Made by a program: the position numbers and the translations under genes. A stretch of DNA of 64,000 bases from assembly GCA_965228735.1 (NCBI GenBank), contig OZ245838.1:4384001-4448000 (forward strand), in the 5' to 3' direction. Of this stretch, positions 55,000-64,000 are shown piece by piece (the first letter of the stretch is position 1; the number at the start of each line of letters is the position of its first letter). This DNA comes from Planctomycetota bacterium (GTDB taxonomy: Bacteria; Planctomycetota; UBA1135; UBA2386). The notes below the pieces were generated by a model that worked only from the letters and a program-made list of their open reading frames with translations, was not told where the DNA came from and did no database searches.

Positions 55000-57036
55000 A
55001 TGAGCTTCACCCACCAAGGCCGCACGATCGGCAAAGTCGCCGTGATCGGCTCCGGCCAGATCGGCCCGGACATCGCCCTCTACTTCACCAAGGTCCTGAG
55101 CCCGCACGGTGTCGAAACGGTCGTCGTCGACGTCAGCCAGGACGCGCTGCAGACGGGCCGAAAGAAGCTCGAGAAGAAGGTCGCGAAGGGCGTCGAGACC
55201 GGCGCGTTCTCCCCGGAGCAACAGCAGCAGATGGTCTCGGCCGTGACGTTCACGACCGACTACGACGCGATCCGCGGCGCCGACCTGGTCGTCGAGGCGG
55301 CGACCGAGAACAAGGAGCTCAAGGGCAAGATCTTCGGCCAGGTCGAAGGACTCGTGAGTGACGACGCGATTCTCGTGAGCAACTCGTCGCACCTCGAGCC
55401 CGAGGTGATCTTCGCAGCCGCGAAGACCAAGGGCCGCACCGGCGTCGTGCACTACTTCTTCCCCGCCGAGCGCAACCTGCTCGTCGAGGTCGTGCCGGGC
55501 CAGGACACTGCGCCGGCGACGACGGCCTGGCTGCTGTCGTTCTACGAGGCTATCGGCAAGGTGCCGATCGAGGTCAAGTCACGCTACGGCTACGCGCTCG
55601 ACCCGGTGTTCGAGGGCCTGTTCTTCGCGTGCGCGCTGCTCGCCGAGCGGGGCGTCGGCACGACCAAGCAGATCGACCTCGTGTGCAAGAAGACGTTCCG
55701 CATGGGCGTCGGCTCGTTCACCGCGATGAACCTCACGGGCGGCAACCCGATCACGGCAGTCGGCCTCGACAACTACACCACGAAGATCAACAGCTGGTTC
55801 AAGACGCCGGACTCGCTCAAGGAGAAGGTCGAGAAGGGCGAGAACTGGGACGTGTGCAAGCGCGGGGAGGACGTCGACGTGCCCGCCGATCTCGCGGCGC
55901 AGATCACGGACAACCTGCTCGGCGCCTACTTCGGCATCTGCGGCGAGATCGTCGACGCGGGCCTCGTGTCGATCGCGGACTTCAACATGGGCCTCGAGGT
56001 CGCGCTCGACATGAAGCCGGCGTTCTCGTTCATGAACGAGCTCGGCACGAAGCGCGCGCTCGAACTCGTCGAAGCCTACGCCGAGGCCAACCCGGGCTTC
56101 CCCGTTCCGAAGTGCATCAAGGCGCACGGCAGCAGCAACGAGCCGTTCGACATCCCGGTCGTGCTGCGTGAGGACCGCGACGGCATCGCGGTGCTGACGA
56201 TCCGGCGGCCCAAGGTGCTCAACGCGCTCGATCAGGAGGTGTTCGAGGAGATCCGCACGCGCTTCCAGGAGTGCGACGCGGACGCGTCGGTGCAGGGCAT
56301 CGTGCTCACGGGATTCGGCAAGAAGGCGTTCGTCAGCGGCGCCGACGTGAACTTCCTGGCCAGGATCGAGAACGAGCAGCACGGCGAAGAGACGTCGCGC
56401 GGCTCGCAGGTCTGCGTCGACGCCGTGCAAGCCGTCATGAAGCCGACGGTCGCCGCGCTCAACGGCCTCGCGTTCGGCGGCGGCATCGAGCTCGCGATGG
56501 CGTGCGAAACGCGGATCGCGCTCGCCGGCCTCAAGGTGCTCGCGGGGCAGCCCGAAGCCAACCTCGGCATCATCCCTGGTGCTGGCGGCACGCAGCGCCT
56601 GCCGCGACTCGTCGGCATCGAACGCGCCGCGGCGATGATGCGCACCACGCGCCCGATCGACTCGGCGACCGCGCTCGAGTACGGGCTCGTCCGCGAGCTC
56701 GTCGAACCGAACGCCGACGGTGGCCTCGTCGATCGCGCGGTCGCGCTCTGTCGTGACATGGTCACCGGCAAGGCCGACCGCTCGCGCATGGCGACCGACC
56801 CGCTGCCCGACGTCCCCGCGACGCTGCCCGACGTCGACATCGGCCACCGCAGCACGAAGGTCGACGAGATCCTCTGCGAAGCCATCCTCGGCGGCGCGAA
56901 GCTGCCGCTCGGCGAGGCCATCCCGTTCGAGGCGAAGTGCTTCGGCAAGGTCTGCGGCACCGAGGACATGCGCATCGGCGTCGACAACTTCCTGAAGAAC
57001 GGCCCGCGCAGCAAAGCCGAGTTCGTCCACCGCTGA
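55000..57036 (+). CDS. Bifunctional 3-hydroxyacyl-CoA dehydrogenase (N-terminal) / enoyl-CoA hydratase (C-terminal)
   Basis: VIGSGQIG, VVEAATE, SNSS, HYFFPAERNLLVE. Then RPKVLNAL, FVSGAD, GGGIELAMAC, PEANLGIIPGAGGTQRLPRLVG. Confidence 0.9.
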   Translation: MSFTHQGRTIGKVAVIGSGQIGPDIALYFTKVLSPHGVETVVVDVSQDALQTGRKKLEKKVAKGVETGAFSPEQQQQMVSAVTFTTDYDAIRGADLVVEAATENKELKGKIFGQVEGLVSDDAILVSNSSHLEPEVIFAAAKTKGRTGVVHYFFPAERNLLVEVVPGQDTAPATTAWLLSFYEAIGKVPIEVKSRYGYALDPVFEGLFFACALLAERGVGTTKQIDLVCKKTFRMGVGSFTAMNLTGGNPITAVGLDNYTTKINSWFKTPDSLKEKVEKGENWDVCKRGEDVDVPADLAAQITDNLLGAYFGICGEIVDAGLVSIADFNMGLEVALDMKPAFSFMNELGTKRALELVEAYAEANPGFPVPKCIKAHGSSNEPFDIPVVLREDRDGIAVLTIRRPKVLNALDQEVFEEIRTRFQECDADASVQGIVLTGFGKKAFVSGADVNFLARIENEQHGEETSRGSQVCVDAVQAVMKPTVAALNGLAFGGGIELAMACETRIALAGLKVLAGQPEANLGIIPGAGGTQRLPRLVGIERAAAMMRTTRPIDSATALEYGLVRELVEPNADGGLVDRAVALCRDMVTGKADRSRMATDPLPDVPATLPDVDIGHRSTKVDEILCEAILGGAKLPLGEAIPFEAKCFGKVCGTEDMRIGVDNFLKNGPRSKAEFVHR

Positions 57037-57047
57037 CCGGCAGGGGC

Positions 57048-57089
57048 GTGTGGTGCGTACCGGTGGTGCGTACCTGGCACCCATCACAC
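57048..57089. repeat. Direct repeat plus nested hairpin (REP-like or terminator-like element)
   Basis: gtggtgcgtacc at 57050-57061 and 57063-57074. Inner stem ggtgc/gcacc; outer stem gtgtggtg/catcacac. Confidence 0.55.
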
Positions 57090-57121
57090 CCTCTCTCGGT
57101 CGCGGCTGGTAGAGTGGGGGT

Positions 57122-58306
57122 ATGCGGGCCGAGCTGCGGATCGTGGGATTGGCTGCGGTCGTCGCTCTGGTGGCTGTGGCCGTGTGGTCGTGGGCCCGCG
57201 GCTCCGGAGCCGATGCCGTGGCGCCGAGCGCGACCGCGATGCCAGTGGCCCGTTCGACCGCGCCCGCGCGAGCCGTGGAGCATCCTGGCGGAGCCGATCC
57301 GCTCGACGCCGTGGCGGAGCGGGTTACAGTCGACGCGTCGGCGGGCCCCGGCCGTAGTTGGCGGCGACATCTGGGGTCGCTCGAGGTGCGGCTGACGCGG
57401 AGCAGCGGCGCTCCCGCCGCGGGGGTGAACGTGCTGCTCGCCGCGGCCGGCGCGATCGACGCGGAGGGCGAACGACCGGGGTGGATGGACGATGCGATGC
57501 CGCTCGCACAGAACGTTTCGTTCTGGCCGACGAGCACGCTGACGGCGATCGCCTCGGGGTTGCGGCGCGGGCGCACGGATGACCATGGCGTCGTGGTCTT
57601 TCCGCGGGTGCGCGCCGGCACGTACTGGCTCGAGACCGACCGCGCGTTCGGGCGGGGTGGGATTCGCGTCGCGGCGCGCCGGGAGAACGTCGCCAACGTG
57701 ACATTGCCCCGCGGGATCGACGTGCACGGCCAGGTCGTCGACGATCTCGGCCGGCCGCTGGCCGAGGTCGGGGTGAAGCTCGGCAGCTGCGAGGTCGCGA
57801 CGAGCGACCGAGCCGGGCGCTTCGCGGTTCTCGACCTGCCGCCTGGCGGCGCGCTCACGTTCGGGCTCGACGACTACGCGATGACCACGCCGCCCGTCCG
57901 CGCGGTCGACGCCTCGGAGCCGGCTCTCGTTTCGATGACCGCGCTCTTCGCCGTGCTCGAGGGCCGCGTGACGAACTCGGACGGTGAGCCAGTCCCTGGA
58001 GCCACGATCACGTCGTACTCCGAGGCGGGCCGATCCGGGCAGGGCACGACCAACGCGATGGGCTGGTACTCGACCAGGGTCCCCGCAGGCCGGTTCTCGT
58101 GGCGGGTTCGCGCCTACACCTCGGCGGCCGAGCACGGCACCATGACCGTACCGCCCGGCCGGCGCAGCCGGCTCGACGTCCAAATGACGTCGAAGTGGCG
58201 GCCGAAGTCGATGAACCTCGACGTCTACGGCCCTACCTTCCGCGCGCCGGACTCGGCCGATCCGGACGAGGTGCCGAGCTACTTCCGCCCCGAGCCCCGC
58301 AAGTGA
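57122..58306 (+). CDS. Membrane-anchored carboxypeptidase-regulatory-like domain protein
   Basis: N-terminal TM helix. GQVVDDLGRPLAEV...SDRAGRF and GRVTNSDGEPVPGATI repeats. Confidence 0.75.
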   Translation: MRAELRIVGLAAVVALVAVAVWSWARGSGADAVAPSATAMPVARSTAPARAVEHPGGADPLDAVAERVTVDASAGPGRSWRRHLGSLEVRLTRSSGAPAAGVNVLLAAAGAIDAEGERPGWMDDAMPLAQNVSFWPTSTLTAIASGLRRGRTDDHGVVVFPRVRAGTYWLETDRAFGRGGIRVAARRENVANVTLPRGIDVHGQVVDDLGRPLAEVGVKLGSCEVATSDRAGRFAVLDLPPGGALTFGLDDYAMTTPPVRAVDASEPALVSMTALFAVLEGRVTNSDGEPVPGATITSYSEAGRSGQGTTNAMGWYSTRVPAGRFSWRVRAYTSAAEHGTMTVPPGRRSRLDVQMTSKWRPKSMNLDVYGPTFRAPDSADPDEVPSYFRPEPRK

Positions 58307-59493
58307 CCGACCGAGCAGCGACCTCGCCTCTGCGACCCGTCGGCGCCGCGCTCGTCGCCGGCGCTCTCGCTCTGTCCGTCTGGCTGTGGCTCGGCGACGA
58401 CGACACGCCGACGCCACCTGCGCCCGCGGCGCCGGTTGCCGTGGCGAGCGAGCAACCGCCGACCGCGACGACGGCGAGCGCCGCGGCGCGCGAAGCCGCC
58501 TTGCCCGACGAGATCGGCGAGGAGATCGACCCCGCTGGCGTCCGGAACGGCACGGGCACGTTGATCGTGCGCGGGCTGCACGTCGACGGTTGGTTGCCGG
58601 CGGCCGGGCTCAACCTCGAGCTGCTCGGCGCGGGCGAGGCCCACGCCACCGGCGGGTCCGTGCGGCCCGGCAGCGGCGGCTGGCTGCACGGCCGCGACCT
58701 CGTCGACGAGTCGCTCTTCTACCCGGCTCCCGAAACCGACCGGGCGAGCTCGTCGGAACGCTCCTCGCGCGCGAACGCCGACGGGGTCGCGACGTTCCTC
58801 GCGGTGCCGGCCGGCGACTACGACCTCCTGGCCGACCGCGGCGACAGCAAGGGCTCCGTGCGGGTCGAGCCCGGCCGCACGACGCGGGTCGACTTCCTCG
58901 TGCAGCGCGGGTTCCGCTTCAAGGGTCGAGTCGTGGACGAGAGCGGGCGCGCGCTCGCCGGGGTCGAACTCATGCTGCAGGACGATGTCATCGCCCAGAC
59001 CGACGCCAACGGCTACTTCCACGCGCTCGACCTCAGCGCCCGCCATCGACTGCGCGCCCGCTTCCCCAACCACCTGATGCGAACGACGCCAGTCGATCCG
59101 GCCAAGCACATCGACAGGCCCGCGCACGTCGTTCTGAGTTCGCGCATCACGACGGTGCTCGGCAACGTGACGACCGGGTCGGGTGATCCCGTGCCCGGCG
59201 TCACGCTCACGTTCCAGACAGGCGACGGCAAGGTGCCGATGATCCGGGTGGAGACGGACCAGAACGGCCAGTTCCAGCAATGGGTTCACGTCGGTCCAGT
59301 GCACTGGCTCGCGAAGAAGCGCGGCATGGAGGTCGACTCCGGCACGCGCATGGCCGAGCTCGGCCGACCGGTTCGCATCGACGTCGTCCTGCAGGCGAAC
59401 GAAACGCAGGGCGGCAGTCCGGCGATGTCGCCCTGGTCCGACGACAGCTCACGCGACCGCCGCACGACCACGCGCCGTTTCCGCAACCGCTGA
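58303..59493 (+). CDS. Membrane-anchored carboxypeptidase-regulatory-like domain protein (paralog of the upstream gene)
   Basis: GTGA overlap. GRVVDESGRALAGV...TDANGYF and GNVTTGSGDPVPGV...TDQNGQF. Confidence 0.75.
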   Translation: MTDRAATSPLRPVGAALVAGALALSVWLWLGDDDTPTPPAPAAPVAVASEQPPTATTASAAAREAALPDEIGEEIDPAGVRNGTGTLIVRGLHVDGWLPAAGLNLELLGAGEAHATGGSVRPGSGGWLHGRDLVDESLFYPAPETDRASSSERSSRANADGVATFLAVPAGDYDLLADRGDSKGSVRVEPGRTTRVDFLVQRGFRFKGRVVDESGRALAGVELMLQDDVIAQTDANGYFHALDLSARHRLRARFPNHLMRTTPVDPAKHIDRPAHVVLSSRITTVLGNVTTGSGDPVPGVTLTFQTGDGKVPMIRVETDQNGQFQQWVHVGPVHWLAKKRGMEVDSGTRMAELGRPVRIDVVLQANETQGGSPAMSPWSDDSSRDRRTTTRRFRNR

Positions 59494-59496
59494 CCC

Positions 59497-60717
<1,221 letters not shown>

Positions 60718-60724
60718 ACCGACC

Positions 60725-61801
60725 ATGATCGCGCGCCCGGCCCACCTCCCCGTGCTCGACGGGCTGCGCGCGATCGCGGTGCTGCTCGTGCTTTGGAGCC
60801 ACGTGCCGCCGCACACGCCGGGCTACCCCGAGTGGCTCCTGTGGTCACGGCTGCTCGTGGAGCCGGGCGGCTTCGGCGTGGAGATCTTCTTCGTGCTCAG
60901 CGGCTTCCTGATCACGCGGATCCTCATCGCCGAACGCGCGGCCCTTCGCCCGGTGCGCTACTTCATGGCGCGGCGGCTGCTGCGCATCTTCCCGATCTAC
61001 TACCTGCTGCTCGCGATCCTGTTCGTCGTCGACCCGCATCCGGAGTTCCTCTGGTGCGCCGTCTACCTCGGCAACTGGCTCACCGTGACCACCCCGGGAA
61101 TCGACTTCCCGCTGCAGCACACGTGGTCGCTGTGCGTCGAAGAGCACTTCTACCTGCTCTGGCCACTCGTCGTCGCGTTCACGGCGCCCCGCCGGCCCGT
61201 CGCCGTGCTGCTGATCTGGCTGCCGCTCGCGCTGGCCGCCGCGCTGTTCGTCGGTTACTGGACGACCGACCTCCGGCACGCGTTCACGGCCACCCAGCAC
61301 TGCTCCCCCATCCGCTTCTTCAGCCTCGGCGCCGGCTGCCTGCTCGCCTACGCCGAGCCCGCCCTCACCGGCAGGCCGCGCCGCATGCTCGTCGCCGCGG
61401 TGATCCTGCTCGTCCCGGGCATCGCCGCCAACAACGTCCTGCAGTTCGCCCTGTTGCCCAACTGGCTCGATCGGCCCGTGCTGCTGCCCCACCGGGCCGG
61501 CCCGGCGCTGTGGCTGCTGTCGATGACGGCGCTCGCGACCGCGGTGCTGCTCGTGTGCCTGGCCAGCAGTGCCGCGCGCTGGTCACCCCTGCGACTGCTG
61601 ACGACGTGGCCGTTCGTTGCCATCGGCCGAATCAGCTACGGGACCTACCTGTACCACCTCCCGATCTTCCGCGCCCTGCTGCGCCCGGCGCCGACCGGCG
61701 GTCGCGTGGCGCTCGCCATCGGGCTCACGTTGGTTGCCGCCACCGCTTCGTATTGGCTGCTCGAACGGCCGATCCTGCGATACGGTAGGCGGCTGCGCTG
61801 A
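60725..61801 (+). CDS. Acyltransferase family 3 (OafA-like) membrane O-acyltransferase
   Basis: LDGLRAIAVLLV, GVEIFFVLSGFLIT, RRLLRIFP, HTWSLCVEEHFY, GRISYGTYLYH. Confidence 0.9.
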   Translation: MIARPAHLPVLDGLRAIAVLLVLWSHVPPHTPGYPEWLLWSRLLVEPGGFGVEIFFVLSGFLITRILIAERAALRPVRYFMARRLLRIFPIYYLLLAILFVVDPHPEFLWCAVYLGNWLTVTTPGIDFPLQHTWSLCVEEHFYLLWPLVVAFTAPRRPVAVLLIWLPLALAAALFVGYWTTDLRHAFTATQHCSPIRFFSLGAGCLLAYAEPALTGRPRRMLVAAVILLVPGIAANNVLQFALLPNWLDRPVLLPHRAGPALWLLSMTALATAVLLVCLASSAARWSPLRLLTTWPFVAIGRISYGTYLYHLPIFRALLRPAPTGGRVALAIGLTLVAATASYWLLERPILRYGRRLR

Positions 61802-61826
61802 TCGCCCCTCAGCGTCCATCCCCGAC

Positions 61827-63473
61827 ATGCGCCTCTCCCACTTCCAAGCCGGAATTCTCTCGGTTGCGGGCCTCGCCGCCGTGGCGCCGAGCCAGATCTC
61901 GACCCGCGACCGTGGCCTGAACGACGAACAGGCCGTCGCGCGATACAAGGAGTTCATCGAGCGCGCTCCGATGATCCACCACGTGCGCGGCTGGACCTTG
62001 CTCGCGAACGTCCGCTCGGCCGATGCGCTCACGATGCTGGTGCAGGACTACGCCGAACCACCGGCCAACGCGGAGTTCTCGCGCTACATCCTGACCAATC
62101 TGCTGGCCCGCAACTTCAAGAAGGCGGAGTTCGTTCCGCGACTCGACGCCCTCCGTCGAGCGCACGACGGCCCGGGTGACATGTGGGCATGGGTCTGGCT
62201 GCTGGAGCTGAGCATCGACCGCACGGGCGACGAAGAAGCCGTCAAGCTCGCGCTCGAGCCCAAGAACGCGATGCATCGAGCCGCCGCGATCCTGGCACTC
62301 GGACGCTCGCGCAAGGGCCGGATCAAGGACGCGATCGTGCAGAACTGCGTCGAGTTCCCGCGGAAGAACGACGAGCGCTGCCTGCTGCTGGGCGCGATGT
62401 CGGGTGCACTCCACGAGCGTCGGCGTGACGTCAACGACGAGGACTACCGCGCGGCGATCGAGGCCTACATCAGTCTGCTCGACGAGTCCGTCGGCCTCGA
62501 TCACGTGAGCAAGATCCAGATGGCCCGCCATCTCCAGTGGATCCTCGGCGGCCCCGCGCTCTTCGTGCAGGCGCAGCCGTGGCTCGACATCCTCGCCCGC
62601 GGTGACGTGCAGAAGCCCAAGAAGACCGACACCAGCGCGGCGCCTTCGTTCTTCGGAATCTCGACCCAGGGCGAGCGCTTCTGCTACGTCGTCGACATGT
62701 CGGACACGATGTGCACGCCGATCTCGCCCGACGCCAAGCCGGACAACGTGCCGATCACCGGCAAGCGGCCGAAGCGCAAGAAGGGCTTCATCCCGACCGA
62801 GCGCGACCTGCCGTGGGCGCTCATCAACACGCGCTGGGACCTGGCCCGCGAACAGCTGCGCATCTCGTTGCTGCGGCTCACGGACGACAAGTACTTCTGC
62901 GTGATCGGCTTCGGCGATGAAGCCAGCACGCTCAAGTCGTGCAAGGGCATGACCCGCGCCACCAAGCGCAACGTCGACCGCGTGATCAAGGAGCTCGATT
63001 CGATCCAGCCGGGGCCGGTGAAGCGCGACGGCACGGCCCCGCACGGCACGTTGCGCGGCAAGACCAACATGCACGGCGGCCTGCGGCTCGCGTTCGGCAT
63101 GGCCCGACGAGGCCCCGTCGAAGAATTCGCCTACGTCGATTCCAAGGCCCTGACGGAAGGCTGTGACACGATCTTCCTGCTGTCGGACGGTTCTCCGTCG
63201 TGGGACGACTTCTGGCTCAAGGCGCCCAACTACGATGAGGAGAGCGGCGTCAAGACGACCGAGTATGCATCCAAGGTCGCGCCGCCGACCCACCTCAACT
63301 TCGCGGGGCCGTTCGAAGAGGAGTATTGGCTCATCCAGGACGTGGAGCGCATGAACGCGTTCCGCCGTATCCGCATGCATTGCGTCGGCCTCGGCGAAGC
63401 GAACATGCGGCTCATGAAGAACCTCGCAAAGATGGGGAACGGCGAGACGTTCTCCCGCGGCGACAAGAAGTAG
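61827..63473 (+). CDS. Secreted HEAT-like plus vWA domain protein
   Basis: Signal peptide ending APS|Q. FFGI...VVDMSDTM (MIDAS-like), TRWDLAREQL, TNMHGGL, DTIFLLSDGSP, HCVGLG. Confidence 0.8.
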   Translation: MRLSHFQAGILSVAGLAAVAPSQISTRDRGLNDEQAVARYKEFIERAPMIHHVRGWTLLANVRSADALTMLVQDYAEPPANAEFSRYILTNLLARNFKKAEFVPRLDALRRAHDGPGDMWAWVWLLELSIDRTGDEEAVKLALEPKNAMHRAAAILALGRSRKGRIKDAIVQNCVEFPRKNDERCLLLGAMSGALHERRRDVNDEDYRAAIEAYISLLDESVGLDHVSKIQMARHLQWILGGPALFVQAQPWLDILARGDVQKPKKTDTSAAPSFFGISTQGERFCYVVDMSDTMCTPISPDAKPDNVPITGKRPKRKKGFIPTERDLPWALINTRWDLAREQLRISLLRLTDDKYFCVIGFGDEASTLKSCKGMTRATKRNVDRVIKELDSIQPGPVKRDGTAPHGTLRGKTNMHGGLRLAFGMARRGPVEEFAYVDSKALTEGCDTIFLLSDGSPSWDDFWLKAPNYDEESGVKTTEYASKVAPPTHLNFAGPFEEEYWLIQDVERMNAFRRIRMHCVGLGEANMRLMKNLAKMGNGETFSRGDKK

Positions 63474-63536
63474 CCGCAGCCCCTGACGCCGGGCGGTGAC
63501 GGGGTATCCTGCGGGACCCGCTGCGACCGCCGCCCG

Positions 63537-64000
63537 ATGCAACAGACCCTCGCTGCCGTCCTCTACTCCGCACTGTTCGCCGGAGCACTCGCCGCGCAGA
63601 GCACGGTCACGTTGCCGTGCGTGCAGGACAACACGCTCTACGACGACCCGACGGGTTCGCTGAGCACCGGCGCGGGTGATGCGATCTTCGCCGGCATGAC
63701 GGGCATGGCGATGAACGCGAGGCGCCGTGCGCTGCTGCAGTTCGACGTCGCGAGTGCCGTGCCGGCCGGCGCGGTGATCGTCAGCGCCGAGCTCAGCATC
63801 CGCACGATCCAGAGCTCCACGAGCGCGATCGTCGACGTGTTCGGCCACCGCGTGCTCGCGGCCTGGGGCGAAGGCACGTCGCTGCCGACGGGCGGGGGCG
63901 GCAGCGGCGGACCGGCCACGACGGGAGACGCGACGTGGATCCATACGTTCTGGCCGAGCACCACCTGGACGACGCCCGGCGGCGATTTCGCCGCCGCACC
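63537..64000 (+). CDS. Secreted DNRLRE/CBM96-like domain protein, truncated by the window end (absent from the ORF track)
   Basis: My translation: MQQTLAAVLYSALFAGALAA|QSTVTLPCVQDNTLY...RRALLQFDVASAVPAGAVIVSAELS...WGEG...DATWIHTFWPSTTWTTPGGDF. Confidence 0.8.
   Translation, partial: MQQTLAAVLYSALFAGALAAQSTVTLPCVQDNTLYDDPTGSLSTGAGDAIFAGMTGMAMNARRRALLQFDVASAVPAGAVIVSAELSIRTIQSSTSAIVDVFGHRVLAAWGEGTSLPTGGGGSGGPATTGDATWIHTFWPSTTWTTPGGDFAAA

Noticed and set aside
57075..57091. Sigma-54 promoter (TGGCAC) upstream of the rtcB-containing run
   Set aside because: There is no TTGC -12 element at the required spacing (tggcacccatcacac).

Overview
High-GC, gene-dense bacterial window. The gene repertoire (ECF sigma factor paired with a Ser/Thr kinase, secreted HEAT and HEAT-vWA proteins, carboxypeptidase-regulatory-domain proteins, Uma2 gene) suggests a Planctomycetota genome; this is an inference. 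I can support about 41 CDS and found no rRNA, tRNA, CRISPR array or transposase. The main signal is that 12 otherwise unrelated secreted proteins end in the same ~110-130 aa beta-rich C-terminal domain. They include three 7- or 14-repeat beta-propeller proteins, an M14 carboxypeptidase, a beta-helix protein, a pentaheme cytochrome c and three tandem paralogs. Most secreted proteins also expose Gln at +1 after the signal peptide. Together this looks like a lineage-specific protein sorting or surface-display system analogous to the T9SS CTD or PEP-CTERM. Other notable items: a PHP-GT4 fusion with lipid-modification neighbours, a mirror-image glycosylation cluster with degenerate paralogs, an operon of ABC ATPase-permease fusion + PDZ + two FG-GAP proteins, an ECF/STK pair divergent from a tandem gene triplet, a Uma2 gene with an in-frame TGA at a likely Trp position, psd, rtcB, and an S46 peptidase. 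All family calls come from motifs read by eye; no database search was run.
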